From: Parasitella parasitica NRRL 2501
Taxonomy: Eukaryota > Fungi > Mucoromycota
NCBI GenBank assembly: GCA_025201805.1
Contig: MU619269.1
Location: 164,708-228,707 of the forward strand
DNA: 64,000 bases
Direction of reading: 5' to 3'
Positions within the stretch are counted from its first letter, which is position 1, and the number at the start of each line of letters is the position of its first letter. The translations under genes were made by a program, and so were the position numbers. This document shows positions 37,102 through 48,070 of this stretch, in pieces. The notes under the pieces are model-generated. The model saw only the letters and a program-made list of their open reading frames with translations. It was not told the DNA's origin and made no database searches.

Positions 37102-37580
37102 TAATGATAATACGCGAATAATAATACATGAAAAAGATTTTTGAGTGGAGTGAATCCGTGGAGAAGAGACAATTTAAAATTATGTCAGGTGAACAGAAGC
37201 TTTGAATGGCACAGGTATAATTAAGTTTGTCAAGGAGCTATAAACATGATATAAGAATTAGGTGGTTACATGATATGTATTGCAACGATGCAGAGAGTGC
37301 GTATCCTTGGTGGCGAATTCGCTTAAGTAGTATTACTGTTTTCAAAACTTTACATTTCGACCTCTCTACACTTGTTTACCTCTATTACAATTTACAAACT
37401 TCACATTGAGTGTCTCGCTTCCTTTTGAGATATTAAATCAATTATTTAATACTTGATCTGAGTGGGTATAAACTTCGTAATCCTGAAAAATAAATAAATA
37501 AGTATCAAATAATTGAATTATGTTTAGCTGCATCAGCAAACTGGAAACAAGATCAACCAAATCAATGAAGCAAACTTTGC

Positions 37581-38382
37581 TCTGCTGAAATGCATAATTC
37601 TCTACACCAGCATCGAGAGCAAACCATCTACCACCTAGGATGTATTTGTAATATACATTATTCAACCAAGGGTAGCCACACATCGTGACATGTCACCGGT
37701 TAAAACGAAGAGAACACAACCAGCAAAGCTATAATTGTTGGTGCTTCCACTGATTCCCAAATCCAAATATTGCTTCTTTAAAAAGCGTATTGGTTGAACC
37801 ATCTATTAATCGGTTATCTAACATTCTAGATAATATTCAACAATCAATATTCTGTGGCTTGCAAGGTGCAATGGCAGAACGGTCAATAAAGCTAAAGGTG
37901 TTCCTCATTCCGCGCAGACCATTAAAAGCTTCAAAAGATTGGTTGATCCTGTTTATAGTCTACTCGTAGCCTATTAAACTTCCCTGTTGGAAAGAATACC
38001 AGCTCTTTTTATAGAATAAAAATTTAGATAAAGTTGTTCTGCTGAAATGCATAATTCTCTACACCAACATCGAGAACAAACCATCTACCACCTAGGATGT
38101 ATTTGTAATATACATTATTCAACCAAGGGTAGCCACACATCGTGACATGTCACCGGTTAAAACGAAGAGAACACAACCAGCAAAGCTATAATTGTTGGTG
38201 CTTCCACTGATTCCCAAATCCAAATATTGCTTCTTTAAAAAGCGTATTGGTTGAACCATCTATTAATCGGTTATCTAACATTCTAGATAATATTCAACAA
38301 TCAATATTCTGTGGCTTGCAAGGTGCAATGGACAGAACGGTCAATACAGCTAAAGGTGTTCCTCATTCCGCGCAGACCATTA
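37581..38382 (+). repeat. Near-identical ~345 bp direct repeats (37581-37924 and 38038-38382)
   Basis: Both copies run tctgctgaaatgcataattc...cgcgcagaccatta and differ at only a few positions. Confidence 0.95.
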
Positions 38383-38628
38383 GACTTTAGAATGAAAATA
38401 GAGTTGACTAAAGATTTTTTTTGTTTTTGTTTATGAGGAGTCGAGCTCAGTTTTATCAAGTAGCGGTCCCATGTGTTTTTTTTATTAGGCTATACGCATC
38501 TTGGCATTGCATACATTTATATTTATACTTCGTTCTTCAATTAGCATCTACAGTCATTTCAAAAAGTAAAGTCGCTGATTTTGATGTTGTGCAAAAAAAA
38601 AAAAGAATGAAAAAAGGGAAATTTGTTT

Positions 38629-38690
38629 AAGCACTTTGTTAAGCACTTTTTGTAAAGCATTTTTGTGAAGCATTTTTGTTAAGCACTTGG
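38629..38690 (+). repeat. Short tandem repeat, about 5 x AAGCA(C/T)TTTTGT
   Basis: aagcactttgtt aagcactttttgt aaagcatttttgt gaagcatttttgtt aagcactt. Confidence 0.8.
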
Positions 38691-38908
38691 AGATTGACGA
38701 AAGCAAGTTTGGTAAATGTAAGTACCACTGGGATCATGCTGTTGCTGGGTGTTTGGGTTTTGTATTTGTTCACTTTTGTTGACCCAGCCTGCCCACATGC
38801 ATGGTCTAACATAATTGCCTCTTACCGTAAAAAAGAAAAGAAAAAGAAAACACGGCAAAGCCCACACATAGATCGAATAATTCTTTTTATTTTTGAGTTG
38901 ATTATTAA

Positions 38909-40021
38909 TTATGTTGATATTTCAAATGACATGATCGTTGGGCGGTGTCGGCTAGGCATTGCTTGATGGACTGATGCTTTGCAGATGCGATTGAAGGTGT
39001 CAACTACGCGACAAACGCGAGGCATATCCACATTAAGTTTAGTTAAATCATCCAAGCAGCTAGGAATCTTGATTTTTTCCAGCTCGTACATGACATAAAG
39101 TCCTGTTGATGGCAAAACCAAGACATAAAACGTAACCATTCTTCCAATAACCTGCAGACCCAGGACACCTTCCATGTTTTGTGCATCGAGAGCATTCTTG
39201 CAGAATATACCAACGCGAAGTAGATCCCGACAAATCGAATAATTGTTACCACCTTGAGCAGCTGACTTGGCTTCCCCATAGCCATGATTCGACGCCCATG
39301 TCATCCCATGTAAACGACTTATACATATATCGGGACGTTTTGTTGATAAATCTTCATGCTGTCGAGCTTCAGTTATTTCATTAGTCCATCGTAGGTATAT
39401 GCCCTCGTCCGAATCGTCAAATAAACCAGATAAAAAAGGATCAACGAATCGAGTGCTAAGTTCAAATTCGTTGGTGTCTTCTGCAATAGGTACGGGAGGA
39501 AGCTTTCGAATCAAATCGATTATGCATTTTTTGAACTTGTTTTCATTTGTGGGGAGGTCCAAATCCAAAAGATGTGCAATCGCTTTATCTCGACTGATTA
39601 CTCCCATGGTAAGATCTTGAACGATGCCGAACATGCTGGTAGTCGTCGCCATTGACATTGGAAGCTTTTTAATGCCATATTTTGTCTCAATCCCATTGAT
39701 GGTTGCCTTGAGGTCGTGATTGCTGAAATAGGGTGATAAATCCTCTGGGTACTGATTTCGTGACAAGAGCAAAATGTGGGTGGCTGCCATGGCGCAGTGG
39801 ATGTGATTTTCGAATGATAGTTTCCATTCGTGTTCACATAATGAAAGCTGCAGCTTATGAAACGCTATTGTTGCATCGAAGTTTTGTACCAACAAATGGT
39901 CATCGTGATCAAGAGGCGGAAACGATAGGCATAATGGATCCAACAACTCAGTTCCAAGGATATTGCTTAAGCGACGGTTGTTAGGCTGGTCTTGGCTGTT
40001 GTAGCTTTGTTGCCCTGTCAC
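38909..40021 (-). CDS. Uncharacterised protein with PD-(D/E)xK-like motif, probably truncated
   Basis: 370-codon open frame; NEFELSTRFVDPFL...LRWTN...KRPDICIS...GYGEAKS...DLLRVGIFCK; no clear ATG start. Confidence 0.6.
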   Translation of the reverse strand: MTGQQSYNSQDQPNNRRLSNILGTELLDPLCLSFPPLDHDDHLLVQNFDATIAFHKLQLSLCEHEWKLSFENHIHCAMAATHILLLSRNQYPEDLSPYFSNHDLKATINGIETKYGIKKLPMSMATTTSMFGIVQDLTMGVISRDKAIAHLLDLDLPTNENKFKKCIIDLIRKLPPVPIAEDTNEFELSTRFVDPFLSGLFDDSDEGIYLRWTNEITEARQHEDLSTKRPDICISRLHGMTWASNHGYGEAKSAAQGGNNYSICRDLLRVGIFCKNALDAQNMEGVLGLQVIGRMVTFYVLVLPSTGLYVMYELEKIKIPSCLDDLTKLNVDMPRVCRVVDTFNRICKASVHQAMPSRHRPTIMSFEIST

Positions 40022-40179
40022 TGGTTCTTCGTAGGACTGACACTGTTAAATACCATCCTCGGGGTGGTCCATGAAATATAAGGATTCAGCAAATCCATCG
40101 GAATTTTTAAGCAATATAATTGATGAAGAAGACGAGGGAAATATTTTGACATTAGAGCAACTTCAGCAGAGACCTATTA

Positions 40180-40830
40180 ATGAGTTCCCAGGAAAATTCC
40201 CCTCAAAAAATGCAATAATATAAAAGCTGTGTTTGACCCTCAAAAGAACATCCCCAGTGGAAGAAATACAAACAACTGAAAGAATAGGAAGAGAGCGAAA
40301 GGTATTAATTGCTTAACAAACTGTATTTTTGTTGATGAAGAAAGTGGAATTAATGCCTGTATGGTACCCGGACATGCAAGTTCTGTCAAAGGAAAGAAGG
40401 CCCACGTAATCACAAAGACGAAAAGAGACAAGAACATTTCAATCATTGATACTATTTCAGCAAAAAGGGTTGAATCTTCACAAGCTGTTATGACAGATGT
40501 TTCTACAAACAGGGTTTTCTTTGCTGAAATTATCAAGCAGCTGTTGGAATGGGTTGATATGGAAAACCCACAACAAGGACTCTATTTTATTATGGATGAT
40601 GTAAAATTTTATAAGAGTCCTATCTTTTCAACACTCAAAAAATAGCTGCCATTTCTTGCCATCATATTCTCTTGATAAATACTATCGAAACTAGCTTTAA
40701 CAAAGGAAAACAGAGAGACTCTCTTGAGGCTCATTAAGGAAGCAGAGAAGAAACAACTTCTCAAGACTGTGAAGGATGGGAACATCATTTTGTCAATAAT
40801 CTCGGTAGATTCATTGATGGAGAAGATCCC
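40180..40830 (+). pseudogene. Tc1/IS630 DDE transposase remnant
   Basis: NCIFVDE, KGKKAHVITKTKRDKNISIIDTIS, YFIMDD, FLPSYS motifs with stops and frameshifts. Confidence 0.75.
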
Positions 40831-41342
40831 TAAATACTGTGGCCATTTTTGTGAGATTTATTTTCAGATTTTGTGGGTGAGTTTGATTTGATAATACAAT
40901 AATTTTCTATTTTACATTAAAGAGAAGATATGAGTAAGATTTCTACACGACATGTCACGATCTGATCTTGATGTAATCTTTGAATAAGCCTAGAAACTTG
41001 CAATAGGTTCCATTATTCATCCTTATTTGTAAAAGAGTTACCAACAATTAATACCATGACCCGTAAATTATAACTATGTTAGAATATGACATATGTAGCC
41101 TTTATATCAATACAACAATAGAATTATTGCCATTCGATACTATTGCAATGCAATTATGGATTAACAGAAAGAAAAATTTAAACCTAAAGCTTTCATTCCT
41201 AGGATATAAATACTTACCATGTCAGCCATCGTAATAGGCGTACACCTAATATTAGGAGCTACTCACAGAGAGTAGGTTCGTGAATTAGTGTACTTTCATT
41301 ATGAGAAATCTTACCTCTTGGCAACGCTATAACTAATATAAC

Positions 41343-42215
41343 AAGCACCACATCTGCTCGGATGCCCTCTCCTTAACATATACATGCTTAGAGCAAGATG
41401 CACATACTGCTGCCATCATATCATACATCGTCAAGGGACCGATATCTGAATATATGAAAAGAGAATCAGACTGACGTATGGCTGTGCTTGGTTACCAGCA
41501 TCTAGTTATAAAAGCAAATAAAAAAGATCCAGGTTGTCAACTTAGACATTAAAAGTCTTAAGCAAAAGTAAATGCTCAACATTACCTTCCATTTTTCCCA
41601 AATTGGTTCCATCCAGTATCAAGGCCACCGCATCTGCTCGGATATCCTCTCCTTAACACAAAAGTGCTTAGAACAAGATGGACCAACTGCTGTCACCATA
41701 TCATACATCGTCAAGGGGCCGATATCTGAATATATGAAAAGAGAATCAGACTCATGTGTGGCTGCGGTGATTACTCGTGAAATTTTCAAGCACTACATCT
41801 GCTCGGATGCCCTCTCCTTAACATATACATGCTTAGAGCAAGATGCACCAACTGCTGCCATCATATCATACATCGTAAAGGGACCATTAAACTAAACGCA
41901 TGAAAAGAGAATCAGACTGACGTATGGCTGTGCTTGGTTACCAGCATCTAGTTATAAAAGCAAATAAAAAAGATCCAGGTTGTCAACTTAGACATTAAAA
42001 GTCTTAAGCAAAAGTAAATGCTCAACATTACCTTCCATTTTTCCCAAATTGGTTCCATCCAGTATCAAGGCCACCGCATCTGCTCGGATATCCTCTCCTT
42101 AACACAAAAGTGCTTAGAACAAGATGCACCAACTGCTGCCACCATATCATACATCGTCAAGGGGCCGATATCTGAATATATGAAAGGAGAATCAGACTCA
42201 TGTGTGGCTGTGGGT
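41343..42215 (+). repeat. Higher-order tandem repeat: four ~130 bp cores (A-B-A-B) in two ~446 bp units
   Basis: Core catctgctcggat...catacatcgt(c/a)aaggg...atgaaa(a/g)gagaatcagact near 41351, 41631, 41796 and 42077; alternating long and short linkers. Confidence 0.93.
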
Positions 42216-42499
42216 GATGGAGAATAGCATATCGCATTATGGTGTAACTAATAAATGAAGTGCAATTAAGACGATTATATCGAGAGCAGGGTTAGTGGCA
42301 TATAAAAGCCATTTTAACAAGCAGAGTTTACCTTTCGCTTACAGAAGATGACAGTAAATTTTTGTAGCCAAACTACGTTCAATGTTTGATCTTTGTACAT
42401 CGTCAAGCAGCCTACGTTTAAACGTATGAAAAGAAAATTAGTTGATGCAAGTAAAATTATAAAAGGTAAATCTGAAGGCTCTGGAATCAAGTGACTGTC

Positions 42500-43990
42500 C
42501 GCTGTTTATACGGTGCAGGATAAATCAAGATGTCGCCAAAGTGGAGGCCTCCAAGCGGTATGGTTTTCAAATAAAATAGAGTCTTGTATTCTGGTACTGG
42601 TATGCTTCTTTGTTGTTGGCTTGTAGTAATAACGCTCGAAAGTGTTTGTCTTCAAACTCCAATTGGCGTTTATTTTGACATTGTCAATGTCAAACCCTTT
42701 TTCAACTGCTTTCGTGCTAGTGGCAGACCTGATTGAATGCGTCAACACCTGCTTTTTCCATGATTATTTTGATCCACCCAGATATGGTTGCTGACCTGAT
42801 TAATCTTTTTTTCTTGCTATTATTTATGTATGACAAAAATAGGGTATGGCCATTTGATAGCCCTGCTCAGATGCTTCTTGTTTTCTTCATAAATAACTGC
42901 ATTGTCTTAACTGGACAAATCGCTTCATCTTACTGTATTGTACTGTTTTCCCAGTTCTTTTAAAAGTTGGTGAGTCGTCCTCCTGGCAAGATCCCATATT
43001 TGGGAACCGAATAATTTGTTTTTGTGATTGTGGCAGTTGTTAGATGATTAACGGTGGTTGGCAATTTTGATCCCTTCTTATTATTGTTGGCTTTTGCTGC
43101 TCTTGTTTTTGGTTCCAGCTCCTTCGGTGGGTTAACTGCCGTTTCCAGAGGAATGAAGATTCCCACGTCTCCTGTCTCTTGATATAAACTTCCTCCTAAT
43201 CTTTTTAAGGGTCCTCCATTATTGTTGGAGTAGCCTCTGTTGCTACCTCCTCTCGGGTATCTGCCATAATTTGATGAGGATGCTGCTGCTGCCACAACCA
43301 TTCTTAATTCAAATCTTGCTTGTTATAGTCTGTCGAAAAACAATGGTTCAAAGGCGTTGACTGTTCTTCTGTCCAGATGTTTAACACTGGCTGGCACTCT
43401 AAGTGCATTAGTTACATATTCTCTAACTTCTTGATCCTGGAATTTTGTTGTTGCAAATCCAACGATTGCCTGCTCAAGGACTGCTTGAAATAATACTTGG
43501 TTATCTGCTGTATGGAATGTGATATTGCCCTTGATGCTGTCCAAATAGGCAAAAATTTTAGTTGTAACTTTTGCTTGCATTTTGGAGCTTTCTGTATGCT
43601 TGTAGATGGTGTTGACGACTTGTAATGTGTCAATTTTGCACCTTTTGAGTTTAGGAGCGAGTTATTTATTGATCTGCTCTTGTCTTGTCCAGTTTAAATG
43701 TAAATATTTCTTTGTATTCCTTTTGAACTTTGTAATTATTTTTCGTAACTCATAATTAGACGAGCTTTCCAAAGACTTTGATATTGCCATTCACAATTCA
43801 TCTTCTTCCCTCGTCTCTGGTTACTGGGTTCCACTTTTCTAATAATACGGACGATATTCTCTCTTGTGAAAAATTGTTCAGTGGCATGTTGCATGTTGCA
43901 TGTCTGTTCTTTTATAAGACTTTGATCTGTCATCAGTTGTTTCCACGTCGCGGCTTAGGAGGAATTATTTTTACAATATTTTCATGCAAA
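42500..43990 (-). mobile_element. Tyrosine-recombinase retrotransposon (DIRS/Ngaro-like) remnant, RT and RNase H deleted
   Basis: Recombinase C-terminus CPVKTM...LFLSY...TISGWIK...HSIRSATSTKAVEKG...ANWSLKTNTFERYYYKP; upstream gag-like frames ending GILPGGRLTNF, where an RT would normally begin. Confidence 0.8.
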
Positions 43991-44115
43991 TAAAACTGGC
44001 TTAGAGAGCATTTACGACATTGGAGGCCGGAACGGAGTCAAATGAGATTGTCTTGGGCACGAAAGGCAATTGTTGCTCTTCATATCATTGAAAAACACTA
44101 ATTTCGCATTGATTA

Positions 44116-46326
44116 ATGAAGCATTCAGACCCAAGATTGAAAGGTTTAAAAGGATCCTATATTATCGAGGCTGAATTGAGAAAGGGATTAGGTATCGAAG
44201 ATGGAGTTCTCACCACAGAGATGAACAAGCTGTGTAATTTTGCTCAACTCATCAACCACTATTTTCAAAATACTGCTCAACAGCGTTACGTAGAAGGAGA
44301 TGGATTGCGTTTGACAACTATTGCTGCTTTGAAAAGAATTTGCAACCTGAAATTTGTTACTGAAACATCAAAAAAGAAAAAGTCTTGTAATCGCATTACG
44401 ATTATCGATGATCAAGCAATCTTGGTACCACAGGCACAGCTATTACAAGATTACTGTAACGAAGTAATATCGTTTTTTTCAAGAAAATCATCAATTAGCT
44501 TGTTTAATCTGGAATATGCCAAGAGACTCATCATGCATCAAAAGGAGGAGCTAAAAAGACAGCAAACTGAGGAAGAAGAGGAAGCAATGGAAAGACTGGA
44601 GCATTGTGGCAGATTGGTTGCCTTTGATGCTGCTTATAACGGTGCTGCGGAGATCAGAGAAAAGCTGAGTAAAAGAAAAAGACAGAAGGGAAAGCAGAAA
44701 GCAGTAGCAGAACAATGCGAGCATCAGAACCAGGACGAAGACGAGGACGAAGAAGATATTGAGAAGAGGATCAGAACCAAATTCACATCTCCATCACCCT
44801 CAAATGGTTTTTATACACATACAAAAAAAAGTAGTGTCATTTCTAATAATATCTTCAAGCAGACTTGGAAATATCATTTACTAGCTCTGGTGGAACATAC
44901 GAGCTGCCAAAAAAACCAAGTGCCAACAGTAGTCCGACCATTCCGTATGTTATTAGTTTGGACGAAATTAGCCCAATTTCTTTGGAGGATATAGGTAGTG
45001 TCTCATTTATGAACACAGGCATACCCATCGATGAAAGACTGTAAGATCCAATTACTATCACATGAAGCTTCTGTTAGTGATGAAAACTAAATTAGATCTT
45101 ATTTTCCTTAGAGAATATAGCGTTATCACATACATTGATGATTCAAATGCTGCTCGTTTCATCCCATCACCTCTCGATCCTAGTATTTCATGTTTAGTAA
45201 ATGAGTTTACCAGAGTAAGTGATTTGCAATTAATCTCAAGCAAGAGAACCGATTCTTTTCTTATTTAGGCTATTACATATTTTCTGAGAGACCTGAAATT
45301 GCTAATGACATTAAACACCACTAAATACATGCATACAATTTCACTCCTGACATCTTGGTAAAAACTGTTCCCTTCTGGTATTTATATGTTCTAATCTACT
45401 CTTTTTAATACATTAGCCACAATAACATTATGAAAGAACGTAAAATGCAGCAGTTGAACCCAACGATCTATCAAGATCCGGAAGCAATCCCTAATCGGGA
45501 GAGTGATTTCAAAATTAAGTATGTTGTGCCGTTTATTAATGGTGTGTTCAAGACGGACAAGTTGAGTGTCAATTGGTAATTGTAAAACGTTAATTGAAAC
45601 AAACATTTAGTGTTAACGCTACTTTCAAAGGGATTTACCCCTCAAGTTATACGAAAACTCAGATATGAGTTTGCTTCGCAGAGAAACACCAGACATTGTA
45701 TTTAAGACCCTTGATGGCAATGAACTTGGCATCGCCGAGATCAAGCCATTTAATGCTCGAGTAACAGATGTAGAAAATGATGTTGTTCGTTTGGCAGAAA
45801 TTACAAAAAGAATGCTCCACAAAAGAATTCTTAATGCAAAATCCACCAAAGAATGGATTACGTTTGCGATCATGTTCAATGGTAAGTATTGTGAAGAGTT
45901 AGTAGTTATCCTTCATCCTTATTAGCCTTTTGGTTTATCAGGTTCAAAAATTGACTATTATATCACTGAGTTTCGTCAATCCCCAACGACAAGCTCATCA
46001 ACATCAGAAGCAAGCACATATTCTTTTAGTTTAATTCACAGCTCGCTTCTCCCCACTTTGCCAAACACTTATACTCATATGTATCAGTCATTAGAATTTT
46101 TGTGTTTTTACAAGGTAAAAGATAAATGAAAATTACGACAAGAAATAGTTGAGGTAATTTATTGCAATACTTAAAACTTTTTTAGAACATGATGGAAGCT
46201 AGTGTTGTCAATGATTCAGAGATTGAGAAGCCATACCTGTATAAAAATTATTGCAACATCTTTAAGCCCACGGTGACACTGCTCAAGTTAGATGACGATG
46301 AAAGCCTCTCTCCTCATATGTCATAA
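44116..46326 (+). pseudogene. Multi-exon uncharacterised gene with C-terminal PD-(D/E)xK-like motif, probably disrupted
   Basis: 292-codon first ORF; later exon RETPDIVFKTLDGNELGIAEIKP...DVVRLAEITKRML; in-frame stops near 45041 and 45063 in the best-fitting frame. Confidence 0.5.
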
Positions 46327-47105
46327 TGAATAAATAACTCCCTCCATACTGAATAATAGTAAAGATACCTCCCCCACCCCTTTATATTGTAGCTATTGCA
46401 TACCCTATTGCGAATAAAAATTCCACCATCCTACCAACATCTTTTATACTCGTAGCAGATGTACAATTAAACGAATTGCAAAAGAAGAATACATATTTTC
46501 CAATAATATCTGTTTCATCTGATACTTATCCATATTGGTTTGCATGCAGACTCACATTGATCCGTGGCAATTTTCGTTCATTTCTTCGGTTAGGGAGGTT
46601 GCTGCCAAAGCATCACAGTAGAGGTTCTATGAGAATTTAAAGATATTGCCGCTTAATATACAATATATTATCCCTCTTCTCGCATTATTTGTCACTTTTT
46701 GTGTAGTGCAATTATGTATGATTAAATATTTGTATCTTGTGCTTATTAGCTTATCTATGTCTCTTAAACGACGTTTTCTTAACATCCACGCCTCCCAAGA
46801 CGTTTGTATGGAGTGTTTGTCATGAAGATGACTATTATTTCCCTGTGTTCCTAGTGCCTCTGAAAGATCGAATCAGGCCATTGTGATATACTCCAAAAGT
46901 GGTGCTCTGGAGCCTCGTTAGCGCATAATTCTCTCAGTGGTAATAACAGACCTTTGGTCCTAGCTATTATGCCAACTTGATACTTTTCGCTTCCCCCTTA
47001 TTCCCATGCTTTGAATTTTGATTTTACTTTTCAGATATACAATTTTTAATGATGTTATTTAGTTAGACCGGAAAAGTGATCTTTTATTGGTTTACAGGCT
47101 CCATT

Positions 47106-47430
47106 TTATACGGTAGTATAATTGTCATCCACCTGTTTGCCAGTCTTTTTAATAGCATCAAGAACAGTTTTGCCCTCAACCTCGTTTGTGGTGTCAACAA
47201 CAACCTTTTGAGTCTCCAAATTAGCATCGACATTTTCAACACCTATTTCAAAGTGTCAAAATCTGAGCTATCTATGGGGTTATGTTTGAATTATTACCTT
47301 CAATTTTATTCAATGCCTTGGTCACGGCATTAGAGCAACCAGAACAAGTCATTGCAACACTGAACGTATATTTCTAGAAATAACAGATATGAGAATCATC
47401 CAAAATCATATATTGCTAACTTACAGGCAT
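47106..47430 (-). CDS. ATX1: Copper chaperone (HMA domain), 3 exons, not in the ORF track
   Basis: Spliced MP|KYTFSVAMTCSGCSNAVTKALNKIEG|VENVDANLETQKVVV...LDAIKKTGKQV...; MxCxxC and KTGK motifs. Confidence 0.93.
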
Positions 47431-47657
47431 TTTTGAATAATAATTTGTAATTAATTCGTGTAGAAAAAAAGAAGCGATTATTCTTGTGTGCCTTTTTATC
47501 CAAGTTGGACAGGACACGCCAATAATCTCATGGCTAATCTTATGGCCCAATCCTGTGAGCAAATTGAGCTGCCATTCACTCCACGTCATACAAACAAAAG
47601 AACAAGGTGCTTGTTTGGTCTGCATTATTAATCCTTTCTGTTTGACGAGATTTTGAT

Positions 47658-47978
47658 ATGGTACTAGTAACTTAATAACATAATTCGAAACTAGAAATGT
47701 TACCTTACGTGCAAAACTAGATTAAAGTGCTGTATTTTGCTGCTGTCAAAGATATAACCCGCAAAGATTTTGAAGATTTTGAATCACCTGCAGATACCTG
47801 GACGTTGCAAGATTTATCAAACCACCTGATAGAAAAATATGGCGACAAATTAAAAGGACTTTTATCTATATCCATGTATGCAATTGATATGGACTATGTC
47901 GAAAAAGATAGAGAGTCGAAGACCATTCTAAAGGAGAATGCTGAAGTGGCCATCATTCCTCCAGTAAGCGGTGGATAA
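47658..47978 (+). CDS. MOCS2A: Molybdopterin synthase sulfur-carrier (small) subunit; ATG-only first exon, intron 47661-47720
   Basis: MIKVLYFAAVKD...EVAIIPPVSGG*; ubiquitin-like MoaD/ThiS pattern with C-terminal GG. Confidence 0.92.
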
Positions 47979-48070
47979 ACTAGCCTGCTACTCCTGTTTT
48001 GTGTTTGCAGTGTGTTTCATTATTTCATTAAAATTCTTTTTCTCTCTCCATAAGTCAAAAGGGATCTATC

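Noticed and set aside
41343-42215. CRISPR-like array
   Set aside because: Repeats are ~130 bp, the linkers are duplicated rather than unique, the host is a eukaryote and no cas genes are present
41572-42227. Two similar ORFs (MLNITFHFSQIG...)
   Set aside because: They arise from the tandem repeat; other repeat units have stops and no protein motif is evident
46560-47000. Possible snoRNA or snRNA downstream of ATX1
   Set aside because: No complete box C/D, H/ACA or Sm-site architecture could be identified by eye
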